Shown one piece after another: positions 8,434 through 17,366 of a stretch of DNA of 64,000 nucleotides. This stretch comes from a bacterium (GTDB lineage: Bacteria; RUG730). The notes under the pieces are model-generated. The model searched no databases. It had not been told where the DNA came from and worked only from the letters and a program-made list of their open reading frames with translations. How positions within the stretch are numbered: the stretch's first letter is position 1; each line of letters starts with the position of its first letter. A program made the position numbers and the translations under genes. The stretch spans positions 99,992-163,991 of the forward strand of contig JAVBNQ010000005.1 of the NCBI GenBank assembly GCA_031551405.1, read 5' to 3'.

Positions 8434-9756
8434 ATGAAAAAATTCCACGCTTTCCTAATGCTAATTTTCTGTTTCCTGTTTTCTGGCTTTGCAATTGCTA
8501 AAGAAATCGAAAATTCTGAACGCTTAAACGTTTTTAATACGAATGCGAGCATAAAAATCGGCGGAGAAATCAAGTCGCAGTATTCGATTAGATCTGCGAA
8601 CATAGACGCAAATACAATTAATACATTTAATAATGGCGGGGACGATTATCTTGATTGGATTTATGGAACTTACGAAAGAAAACAAGATTTTGGAGCAGGC
8701 GATTTGTCAATGAGAGACGTGAAAGTCAATTTCGATATTTCAATAAACGAATGTTTCGGAGCATTCATTCAACTCGATCTGCAATCTTCCGGTGGAATTT
8801 CTGCCAACGGAGACTCAGATATCGCAGAAGCAGCTTATGTTTATTGGCAAAAAATAAATGATAGCAACTTCGGGATTTTAGTCGGACGTGACACGCTCAA
8901 ATTCGGGCAAGGAGATAATCCCGGAGTTCTGGGGACTTACGTTTCCGGCTCAGGCGAAGGAATTTCTGACTCTGGATCTAGCTCAAACTATTTCAATGCA
9001 GCCAAAAATATTTACGCGTTTGGATTCACAGATTCTACGTTCTTTGACATGGGTCTCATTTTGCCGCATAATGGCTGGGACGTCAAAAGAGTCACTCAAA
9101 TCACACCGTACTGGAAAGATGCCGACGAAAAATTGCGACTTGAATTGTCGCTTTTTCAAAATATTGGCTCAAATGATACTTTCACAGGCACAAATTTTGC
9201 CAATTACGATTCTAGCGACGACGGATTTCGTTCGTTCAGCGGAAGGATCGTCTCAAATCACATAAATGGTGTCCAATTAAGCGCGAGTTTTCTGAATTAT
9301 TTCAGCCGTTTTGCCGACGAACAATTTTATAATTTCCCAAAAAATTTAACTCTTAGCAAAAATAATACAGCTTTTGGATTAGCTGCGAGCTTCCGGCCGA
9401 TTTTTAACGAAAAACTTTTTGTCTGGGGAGAATGGATAAATAGTTCGAATGCAGCGCATTTCAAGGATTTGAATTCTGACGCGATTAATTTCGGAGCTGC
9501 TTACGATTTCACGAAAAATCTGACGATTTTTGGGCAAGGCGATTACTTAATTACGACGTTCAAGCAAACTGCTGCAAATAATTTGAAAACTGATGCATCA
9601 GCAATTTATGGCGGAATTCAGTACAAATTACCGTATGGCGTTAATCTCGAAGCTGGCTGGAAACATGAAATGATCGAATATTCTGATGACACCGACAAGA
9701 ATTTACTTAAAGCCAATGCAAACACGATTTATTTTAATGCAGGTTTTGCCTTTTAG
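8434..9756 (+). CDS. Putative outer-membrane beta-barrel porin
   Basis: 440 aa with a cleavable signal peptide (..SGFAIA/KE), an alternating amphipathic pattern, abundant G/N/S/D/Y and a terminal aromatic residue (..NAGFAF). A strong AAGGAG RBS precedes it. No specific family recognised. Confidence 0.55.
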   Translation: MKKFHAFLMLIFCFLFSGFAIAKEIENSERLNVFNTNASIKIGGEIKSQYSIRSANIDANTINTFNNGGDDYLDWIYGTYERKQDFGAGDLSMRDVKVNFDISINECFGAFIQLDLQSSGGISANGDSDIAEAAYVYWQKINDSNFGILVGRDTLKFGQGDNPGVLGTYVSGSGEGISDSGSSSNYFNAAKNIYAFGFTDSTFFDMGLILPHNGWDVKRVTQITPYWKDADEKLRLELSLFQNIGSNDTFTGTNFANYDSSDDGFRSFSGRIVSNHINGVQLSASFLNYFSRFADEQFYNFPKNLTLSKNNTAFGLAASFRPIFNEKLFVWGEWINSSNAAHFKDLNSDAINFGAAYDFTKNLTIFGQGDYLITTFKQTAANNLKTDASAIYGGIQYKLPYGVNLEAGWKHEMIEYSDDTDKNLLKANANTIYFNAGFAF

Positions 9757-9865
9757 AATTTTTATTTTGGATTTATTGGAAAAAAATTAGATTTATGCTA
9801 TCTTTAAATATTGACTGACATTCCTATTTACAGAGTCACTTAAAATCCAATTTAAACTTTAGCAA

Positions 9866-11161
9866 ATGATCGAAAATATCAAAAATTTTTTAACTAATTT
9901 ACCAAATAGCTCTGGCGTTTATTTTTTTAAAGACGCGAAAAACACCATAATTTATATCGGGAAAGCGAAAAATCTAAAAAAACGCGTCTCGAGTTATTTC
10001 GTGGGCAAAAAAGATTTTAAAGTCGTCATGATGGTGCCGAATATCAGGTACATCGATTTTTTAGTGACTGATACGGACGAGGAAGCGTTTTTATGGGAAA
10101 ATACTCTCATAAAACGCTTCTCGCCAAAATATAACATCGATTTGAAGGACGACAAAACTTATCCGTATCTCAAGCTAACAACCGATAAATTTCCCTCAAT
10201 TTACATCACGCGAAAAGTAGAAAATGACGGTGCCGAATATTTTGGGCCGTATGTCGATGTAGAAACGCTCAAGTGGGTCGTGAGCCTAATAAAACAAATT
10301 TTCAATTTGCGAAAATGCAAAAAAAAGCTGACAGGCAAAAAAGAGAAGCGTCCGTGCCTAAATTTTTTTATGAACAAATGTTTGGGGCCTTGCTGTTACG
10401 CAATAAAAACGCAAGATTCTAGTGAGCTTTTGAAAGATATAAAAAAATTCGTCAAATGCGATTACAAAAATTTACTCAAAAAATGGAAAAAAGAAATTCA
10501 AGAACTTTCGACGAATCTGAATTTTGAAAAAGCAGAAATTCTAAAGCAAAAAATTTTGAATTTGGAAAAATTGCAAAACTGGAATATAAAGGTTTGGGAA
10601 ATAAAAAAAGATGATCTCGAGAAATTGCACCAAATTTACGATAAAAAAGAACAGGAATTAGCAAATCTCGAGAATATTTTTGACTTGCCGAAAAAAGTCA
10701 AAACTATCGCTTGTTTTGATATTTCGAATATTTCCGGAAAACACGCTGTAGGCTCACGAGTTGTTTTTGTCGATGGAAAACCAGAAAAAAGTATGTACAG
10801 GAAATACAAAATCAAATACACAAGCACAGAAAAACCGAACGATTTTGCGATGATGAACGAAGTAATTGAGCGCACACTAAAAGGCGATGATATCGAAAAA
10901 ATTGATCTTTTTGTAATCGACGGTGGAAAAGGGCAACTGAACGTCGCGGAAAATTTGCTAAAATTTTACAAAAAAAATATTTCGTTAATTTCCATAGCTA
11001 AAAAACAAGAAATCATATTTTTGCCGCATCAAAAAAATGGGATTCGTTTGCCGATGAATTCTGAGATTTTGAAATTAATCAGACACTTGCGAGACGAAGC
11101 TCACAGATTTGCGATAACTTATCACAAAAAACTTCGAAGCAAAAACAGTTTAAAAACGTAA
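9866..11161 (+). CDS. uvrC: Excinuclease ABC subunit C, short form (GIY-YIG, UVR and RNase H-like endonuclease domains; no C-terminal HhH2)
   Basis: N-terminal GIY-YIG (GVYFFKD..IIYIGKAKNLKKRVSSYF), a UVR-like helix (NFEKAEILKQKILNLEKL) and the C-terminal nuclease block (CFDISN..DLFVIDGGKGQL..LRDEAHRFAI). It is 431 aa, whereas UvrC is usually about 600 aa. Confidence 0.8.
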   Translation: MIENIKNFLTNLPNSSGVYFFKDAKNTIIYIGKAKNLKKRVSSYFVGKKDFKVVMMVPNIRYIDFLVTDTDEEAFLWENTLIKRFSPKYNIDLKDDKTYPYLKLTTDKFPSIYITRKVENDGAEYFGPYVDVETLKWVVSLIKQIFNLRKCKKKLTGKKEKRPCLNFFMNKCLGPCCYAIKTQDSSELLKDIKKFVKCDYKNLLKKWKKEIQELSTNLNFEKAEILKQKILNLEKLQNWNIKVWEIKKDDLEKLHQIYDKKEQELANLENIFDLPKKVKTIACFDISNISGKHAVGSRVVFVDGKPEKSMYRKYKIKYTSTEKPNDFAMMNEVIERTLKGDDIEKIDLFVIDGGKGQLNVAENLLKFYKKNISLISIAKKQEIIFLPHQKNGIRLPMNSEILKLIRHLRDEAHRFAITYHKKLRSKNSLKT

Positions 11162-11163
11162 AA

Positions 11164-12456
11164 ATGCAAGAACAAAATTTAGAAATAATCGAGAGACTAA
11201 AAAATTATTACAAAAATACAAAAACAGCTCTGGATTTTAGCACACCTTTTGAGCTTCTCGTAGCAACGATTTTATCAAGTCAATGCACCGACGAGCGCGT
11301 TAATAAAATCACACCGAATTTATTCAAAAAATACAGAAACGTTCGAGGCTTTGCAAAAGCCGAGCAACTCGAACTTGAAGAAGAAATCAAAAGCTGCGGA
11401 TTTTTTCGCAACAAAACAAAAAGCATCATTGAATCGAGCAAACGCATCCTTGAAATTTACGACGGAAAAGTTCCGGAGAAGATGGAAGATTTGATTACTT
11501 TACGAGGAGTGGCGCGCAAAACCGCGAACATCATTCTCTCATCGTGTTTCGGCAAAGCTGAAGGAATTGCTGTTGACACGCATGTGATTCGTTTATCACA
11601 TCGATTCTTGTTTTCTGCGAGTCAAAATCCGGACAAAATTGAAAAAGATTTGATGAATTTTATTCCAAAAAAAGATTGGCTGATTACGAATTATATGCTC
11701 GTGAATCACGGTAGAAAATTTTGCCGTGCGATTAATCCAAAATGCGAAATTTGTTTTTTGAAAGATATTTGCCCATATTTCAACCGTGCAAAAAGACCAA
11801 AAATCACTCTAAAATTCGCGCAGAGTCTAGATGGAAAAATCGCGGCTCAAACCGGCGATTCAAAATGGCTAAGCAACCCAAAAATGCTCGAATTTGCTCA
11901 CGAACTTAGGGCAAAAAATGACGCGATTCTGGTTGGAATAAATACAATTTTGAAAGATGATTCTCTCTTAACAGTTCGACGAGTGAAAGGACAAAATCCA
12001 ATTCGACTCATACTCGACTCAAACCTAAAAATCTCTCTTGAATCGCAAATTATAAAAACCGCGAATAAAATCAAAACGATAATTTTTATTTCAAACAAAA
12101 CAAAAATTTCTGACGAAAAACAAAAATTTTTGGACAAAAAAAATATAAAAACTGTCAAAATAAAAAATGTAGACGAAAATTTAGGCTTGGATTTGGGCGA
12201 GATCCTAGAGCATGTAGAGAAAATCGGAGTGAAAACGCTCTTAGTTGAAGGCGGGAGCAAAGTCATCACGAATTTTATAAAAAACGATTTGTTTGATAGA
12301 ATTTATATTGTTTTTTCGCCAATACTCATCGGGAACGACGGAATTCCTGCAATTCAAAATTTAGGAATCAAAACCATAAAAAACGCTAAAAAACTCGAGC
12401 TGAAAAGTTTAAAGCAAATTGAAAATAATTTTATTCTTGAGCTTAGCCAAAAGTGA
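11164..12456 (+). CDS. nth: Fusion protein: endonuclease III (Nth, HhH-GPD plus 4Fe-4S) joined to a RibD C-terminal-type pyrimidine reductase domain
   Basis: aa 1-~210 carry Nth motifs: LVATILSSQCTD, HhH LRGVARKTANI, catalytic VDTHV and the Cys cluster C-x6-C-x2-C-x5-C (CRAINPKCEICFLKDIC). aa ~213-430 carry RibD_C motifs: ITLKFAQSLDGKIA, WLSN, HELRAKNDAILVGINTILKDD, LLVEGG. It is a single uninterrupted frame. Confidence 0.8.
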   Translation: MQEQNLEIIERLKNYYKNTKTALDFSTPFELLVATILSSQCTDERVNKITPNLFKKYRNVRGFAKAEQLELEEEIKSCGFFRNKTKSIIESSKRILEIYDGKVPEKMEDLITLRGVARKTANIILSSCFGKAEGIAVDTHVIRLSHRFLFSASQNPDKIEKDLMNFIPKKDWLITNYMLVNHGRKFCRAINPKCEICFLKDICPYFNRAKRPKITLKFAQSLDGKIAAQTGDSKWLSNPKMLEFAHELRAKNDAILVGINTILKDDSLLTVRRVKGQNPIRLILDSNLKISLESQIIKTANKIKTIIFISNKTKISDEKQKFLDKKNIKTVKIKNVDENLGLDLGEILEHVEKIGVKTLLVEGGSKVITNFIKNDLFDRIYIVFSPILIGNDGIPAIQNLGIKTIKNAKKLELKSLKQIENNFILELSQK

Positions 12457-12561
12457 ACGACACCTAATAATGAATTGTAAATTCCTTGTTGTCCAGTTCC
12501 AAAAATTAAGAGGCGACTCCATAATAAAGGAAATCGGACAAAATTTAGAAAATTTATATTT

Positions 12562-13027
12562 TCGTTTTTTGCTAAAAAATTCGTTTTTTCATCTCAAGTC
12601 CACACGTTTTTAGACAGAAAATTTCACAAAAATACAAAAAAATGTTCACGTTTTTTTGATTTTAAAAAACTTTTTTATTTTTCAGTCCTCACGATAAGAT
12701 TTTCATTTTCCACGTGCGCGGCGTTCTTTTTTTTCGAAAAACCAACTCCAAAGCCGTAGGTTTTTCGAGCTTTTCCTAGGCTTTTCCTCGCAAAACTCGC
12801 TTCACTCCATTTCGCTCATACAGTTGCGAGCAAGGTTTTCTTATTTAATCCCCGCCTAATTTTTTCGTTCCTTCCTAAAGTTTTTTTGGTCTACTTTTAG
12901 GAGCCTACAGACGATAAATTTTAAAAACCTTGTTTGAATTTTCTCTTTCTCGTGAGCTTTTTTGTCCTTTTTCTAGGTTTTTATTTTTTTTCTTCTGTTT
13001 TTTGTCTTTTTTTAAATAACTGCATTT
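12562..13027. repeat. Mosaic intergenic repeat locus A (X box, M1, M2, first ~15 nt of M3)
   Basis: X box 12562-12611 matches 32053-32102. M1 12664-12859 matches 57639-57832 (about 6 mismatches in about 200 nt by eye), and its core matches 32121-32268. M2 12860-~12998 matches 31385-~31520. There is no ORF of 60 aa or more apart from a junk-like one. Confidence 0.9.
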
Positions 13028-13056
13028 TTTCTCCGGGTCTTTGCTTTTAAATTTTT

Positions 13057-13428
13057 CTATTCCAAAAAATAACTCGAGCTTGAATCATCCGTCTCCCAAA
13101 CTGTCACTTTTGAAATTTTCACATTTTGCGAATTTATTTTTCCCGATAAATTTTTGTACAAATAAAAAGCCAAATTTTCACACGACGGATTCTTTGTTTT
13201 AAAAAAATCCAAATCGTTTATCAATTTGTGGTCGAGCTCGTCTAAAACTTCATTCAAAATCATTTTTAATTCTTTAAAATCTACGAGCAAACCGATTTTA
13301 TCGAGTTTTTCTCCTCGAACAAAAACTTCGACTTTCCAGTTGTGTCCGTGCAAATTCTCGCATTTTCCTTCGTATTCTCGCAAAAAATGCGCTGATGAAA
13401 ATTTTGATTTTACGCTTAATTCAAACAT
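13057..13428 (-). CDS. queD: 6-carboxy-5,6,7,8-tetrahydropterin synthase
   Basis: 123 aa with FSSAHFL..CENLHGHNW.VEV and the C-terminal TVWET motif typical of QueD/PTPS. Confidence 0.85.
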   Translation of the reverse strand: MFELSVKSKFSSAHFLREYEGKCENLHGHNWKVEVFVRGEKLDKIGLLVDFKELKMILNEVLDELDHKLINDLDFFKTKNPSCENLAFYLYKNLSGKINSQNVKISKVTVWETDDSSSSYFLE

Positions 13429-13437
13429 TTTACCTGC

Positions 13438-16083
13438 TTATTTTTTGGATTCAATCGCAGCTTGAGCAGCAGCAAGCCTTGCAATTGGCACTCTGAATGG
13501 CGAGCAACTCACGTAATCAAGCCCGATTCTGTGGCAAAATTTGACTGACTCAGAATCTCCGCCGTGTTCGCCGCAAATTCCGAGTTTAATATTTTTTCGA
13601 ACGCTTCTGCCTTTCTCGATCGCCATAGCAACTAATTTCCCTACGCCATTTTGATCGAGCGTTGTGAATGGATCATCTTTCAAAATTTTTGCATCAAGAT
13701 AAAGCGGGATAAATTTCCCGGCATCATCTCGGCTGAATCCGAAAGTCATTTGCGTCAAATCATTAGTTCCGAACGAAAAAAATTCTGCGACTTCTGCCAG
13801 CTCATCTGCCACCAAAGCCGCTCTCGGAACCTCTATCATTGTTCCGACTAAATATTCGAATTTTGTTCCGGTTTTTTTCATCAACTCTTCGGCAACTCTG
13901 TCAATGATTTCTTTTTGATGTTTTAGCTCATTGATGCTTCCGACGAGAGGAATCATTATTTCCGGGAGAATTTTTTTGTTCTCATTTTTTGTGAGCTCGA
14001 TCACAGCCCCAAAAATCGCTTTTACTTGCATTTCCGTGATTTCCGAGTAAGTAATTCCAAGCCTACAACCTCTGTGCCCAAGCATTGGATTTATCTCGTG
14101 CAATTCCTCAACGCGTTTCAATAAAATTTCTTTTTCAGTCACGTCTCCATGTCTTTCTTTTGAAATCGCGATATCGAGCATTAAATCTTCTCTCTTCGGC
14201 AAAAACTCGTGAAGCGGCGGATCCATGAGTCGAATTGTGACTGCGTATCCTTCCATTTCTTTGAATAATCCGTAAAAATCTTGCTCCTGCATTGGCAAAA
14301 GTTTATCTAAAGATTTCTGACGATCTTCTCTTGTTTTTGCGAGTATCATACTTTGAACGATTGGAATTCTGTCCTCTGCAAAAAACATATGCTCAGTTCT
14401 GCAAAGCCCGATTCCTTCAGCTCCAAAACCTCGCGCTGTTTTCGCGTCTCGAGGTATATCTGCGTTTGCTCTGACTTTTAGTTTTCTGAACTCGTCAACC
14501 CAAGTCATAAATTCACCAAATTCTCCGGTAAGCTCAGGGTCAACGGTTTTGACTTTTCCTAAAATTACACTCCCCACTCCGCCGTCAAGAGTAATCCAAT
14601 CACCTTCTTTTATGACGTTATTTTTGATATAAAATTCTTTTTTCGCATAATCCAACTTTAATTCTTCACAGCCAGCAACACAACATTTCCCCATTCCGCG
14701 AGCAACAACTGCAGCGTGAGACGTCATTCCGCCTCGCCCGGTCAAAATCCCTTGAGCAGCGTTCATGCCGTGGATATCATCAGGACAAGTCTCGACAGTA
14801 ACCAAAATCACCGGATTTTCTTTTGCTTGTTCGACCGCGTCGTCTGAACTAAAAACTACTTTTCCGCTCGCAGCTCCAGGAGACGCCGGTAATCCTTTTG
14901 CGATAATGTTCAATTTTTCCTTCGTATCGATGACAGGATGAAGAAGTTTATCAAGCTGACTTGCATCGACTCGCAAAATCGCTTCTTCTTTTGAAATAAA
15001 ACCTTCTTTCACCATATCGACAGCGATTTTTATCGCTGCTTTTACGGTTCTTTTTCCATTTCTCGTTTGAAGCATATAAAGTTTTTTGTTCTGAATCGTG
15101 AACTCAAAATCCTGAATATCTCGATAATGGTTTTCTAAATTAGTCGTGATTTTTTTCAATTGCTCAAAAACTTCAGGCATATCGTTTTTCAAGTTGATAA
15201 TCGGATTCGGTGTTCTGACACCGGCTACAACGTCTTCGCCTTGAGCATTAACCAAATATTCGCCGTAAAACTCTTTTTCGCCCGTAGAAGGGTTTCTCGT
15301 AAACCCAACGCCAGTCGCACAATCATTTCCCATATTTCCAAAAACCATCGCTTGGACGTTCACAGCTGTCCCGATATCATCTGGAATTTTATTCAATCTT
15401 CGATAAGTATTTGCTCTCGGATTATTCCACGAATTAAAAACTGCGTCGCGAGCCATAAATAATTGTATGATTGCGTTTTGCGGGAACTCAATTCCTTTCT
15501 CGCGTTTCACAATATTTTTAAAAATTTCTGCCAGTTTTTTCAAATTTTCAGAACTCACTTCAGTGTCAAGTTTTACGCCGAGCTCATGTTTCATTTTTTC
15601 GAAATCTTCTTCAAAAATCGCTTTGTCTATTCCCAAAACCACGTCTGAAAACATCATAATAAATCGTCTGTACGAGTCAAATGCGAACCTCTCATTATTT
15701 GTGAGTTTAGCAAGTCCTGCCACAACTTCGTCATTCAATCCCAGATTCAAAATAGTGTCCATCATTCCTGGCATCGAAACTCTGGCTCCGCTTCTGACTG
15801 AAACCAAAAGCGGATTTGTTGCATCTCCGAATTTCTTATTTGTAACTTGCTCGAGTTTTTTTATCGCTTCCAAAACTTGTTTTTCAAGGTCAATGGGCAA
15901 AGTTTTTGAATTTGCATAATAATATCTACAAACGTCAGTCGTAATCGTAAATCCCGGAGGAACAGGCACTCCTGAGCTCGACATTTCTGCAAGACCAGCG
16001 CCTTTTCCGCCTAGTAAGTCTTTCATTGAGCCATTTCCATCCGTTGCCTCGTAACTAAAAAAATAAACAAATTTTTCCATCAT
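13438..16083 (-). CDS. ppdK: Pyruvate, phosphate dikinase
   Basis: 881 aa with an ATP-grasp N-terminus (GGKGAGLAEM), the phosphohistidine loop GGMTSHAAVVARGMG and a PEP-utilising C-terminus (GICGEHGGD). Confidence 0.95.
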   Translation of the reverse strand: MMEKFVYFFSYEATDGNGSMKDLLGGKGAGLAEMSSSGVPVPPGFTITTDVCRYYYANSKTLPIDLEKQVLEAIKKLEQVTNKKFGDATNPLLVSVRSGARVSMPGMMDTILNLGLNDEVVAGLAKLTNNERFAFDSYRRFIMMFSDVVLGIDKAIFEEDFEKMKHELGVKLDTEVSSENLKKLAEIFKNIVKREKGIEFPQNAIIQLFMARDAVFNSWNNPRANTYRRLNKIPDDIGTAVNVQAMVFGNMGNDCATGVGFTRNPSTGEKEFYGEYLVNAQGEDVVAGVRTPNPIINLKNDMPEVFEQLKKITTNLENHYRDIQDFEFTIQNKKLYMLQTRNGKRTVKAAIKIAVDMVKEGFISKEEAILRVDASQLDKLLHPVIDTKEKLNIIAKGLPASPGAASGKVVFSSDDAVEQAKENPVILVTVETCPDDIHGMNAAQGILTGRGGMTSHAAVVARGMGKCCVAGCEELKLDYAKKEFYIKNNVIKEGDWITLDGGVGSVILGKVKTVDPELTGEFGEFMTWVDEFRKLKVRANADIPRDAKTARGFGAEGIGLCRTEHMFFAEDRIPIVQSMILAKTREDRQKSLDKLLPMQEQDFYGLFKEMEGYAVTIRLMDPPLHEFLPKREDLMLDIAISKERHGDVTEKEILLKRVEELHEINPMLGHRGCRLGITYSEITEMQVKAIFGAVIELTKNENKKILPEIMIPLVGSINELKHQKEIIDRVAEELMKKTGTKFEYLVGTMIEVPRAALVADELAEVAEFFSFGTNDLTQMTFGFSRDDAGKFIPLYLDAKILKDDPFTTLDQNGVGKLVAMAIEKGRSVRKNIKLGICGEHGGDSESVKFCHRIGLDYVSCSPFRVPIARLAAAQAAIESKK

Positions 16084-16193
16084 CCGCTCCTTATATTTTA
16101 TCGTTGTACGACGGGAGAATATTTAATCGCTTCCAGCGAAAATTTTTTAAAACAAAACGTTTTTTCTTTGCCAATATTAGCCGTACGCAGTAC

Positions 16194-17366
16194 TCATTTT
16201 ATCCAAACTTCAGGATCCATCGCAATCCCGTTCAAACGAACCTCAAAATAAAGCGCATTACTATTACTGATCGCAGAAAAACCGGTTGTTCCAAGGCTCG
16301 TATTTTTCGTCAAAACTTGTCCATGTGTAACGGAAATCGTGTTTAAATACGCATAAACTGTGTAAATTTGATCTTGATGCTCGATAATAACTGTATTCCC
16401 GTAGCTGCTGAATTTATCACAAAAAACGACTTTCCCGGGCAAAACCGCTTTTACTGCGACTGAGGAGGCATTTTTGATCTCGATTCCATTGCTTACATAA
16501 AAAGTATTGTATTTCGGATGCTGGTTTTTGCCGTACCTGATCGAAATTTCACCGACGCAAGGCTTGGAAATATATCCAAATTTTGTGATTACTTCTGAAT
16601 ATTTGCCAATATTTCCACGTTTATTTTGTGTCAAACTATTAAGCAAATTTTCGAGCTTTTTTGCGGCTTGGTTCATTTCGTTAATTTGCTGTTCGTACAA
16701 TTTCTGTTTCTTGTGCTCTTCCTCTATCAAATTTTCTTTCTCACTTTTCTGTCCTGATAATTTTTCTTGCGTTTTTTTGTTTGTTTGTTTTTTCTGACTC
16801 AAAACATTAATATTTTTTTCAATTTTGTGTTGCGCTTCTATAATCAAATTTTGCTGCGCCATCGAATAATTGTATTTGTTGTGGCTGTAAAACAAAAAAG
16901 TTTTGATATTGTATAAAAATTCCATTTCTCGAGTTAAATTATCTTCAACAAAAAACGAATTTAATACCAAAAGAAAATCGTTTCTATTGATAAATTTTTG
17001 TTTATAAAGAAGCTCAAGCTCTTTTTTCAGCATTTTACGATAGAGCTGTTCACGCTTTTTCTCGTCGTTTAATTTATGAATTTCGGATTCGTAGTCTTTT
17101 TTGGAAACGTCTATTGATTTTTCGAGAGATTTAATGTTTTTCAGAGTTTTTTGGAGGTTTTTGGAGATTACATCAACTTCTTTTTTTATTTTTTTTTCTT
17201 TTTGTTTGGAGATATCTAGGTCGGCTTTTGTTTTTTTGATATTTTCTTTGATTTGCGATAATTCCTGCTTTGTATCGCAGAAAACAGATGTAGTCGAGCA
17301 GGAAAATATAATGCAAAAAAGCAGCAAAACTAAAATTTTTATTTTTTGAATATTAAAAAGTTCCAT
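16194..17366 (-). CDS. envC: EnvC-like murein hydrolase activator (coiled coil plus degenerate LytM/M23 domain)
   Basis: 390 aa with a signal/anchor, about 230 aa of Lys/Glu-rich coiled coil and a C-terminal LytM fold. The M23 metal ligands are replaced (SNGIEI where HxxxD is expected, ALYFEV where HxH is expected). It overlaps ftsX by 14 nt. Confidence 0.7.
   Translation of the reverse strand: MELFNIQKIKILVLLLFCIIFSCSTTSVFCDTKQELSQIKENIKKTKADLDISKQKEKKIKKEVDVISKNLQKTLKNIKSLEKSIDVSKKDYESEIHKLNDEKKREQLYRKMLKKELELLYKQKFINRNDFLLVLNSFFVEDNLTREMEFLYNIKTFLFYSHNKYNYSMAQQNLIIEAQHKIEKNINVLSQKKQTNKKTQEKLSGQKSEKENLIEEEHKKQKLYEQQINEMNQAAKKLENLLNSLTQNKRGNIGKYSEVITKFGYISKPCVGEISIRYGKNQHPKYNTFYVSNGIEIKNASSVAVKAVLPGKVVFCDKFSSYGNTVIIEHQDQIYTVYAYLNTISVTHGQVLTKNTSLGTTGFSAISNSNALYFEVRLNGIAMDPEVWIK

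Noticed and set aside
8655-9265. Two plus-strand ORFs (68 and 125 aa) in alternative frames within the porin-like gene
   Set aside because: They are same-strand out-of-frame ORFs with Arg/Ser-rich junk translations. The 440-aa frame has a signal peptide, an RBS and a barrel-like C-terminus.
12419-12613. 64-aa ORF spanning the end of the nth-ribD fusion and the X box
   Set aside because: It overlaps the 3' end of a well-supported gene and runs into repeat sequence. It has a low-complexity, junk-like composition and no RBS.
12724-12770. The M1 stem CGAAAAACC/GGTTTTTCG as a rho-independent terminator for neighbouring genes
   Set aside because: The T8 run precedes the hairpin on the plus strand, and the minus strand has A8 after it. 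The U-tail is therefore on the wrong side for either orientation.
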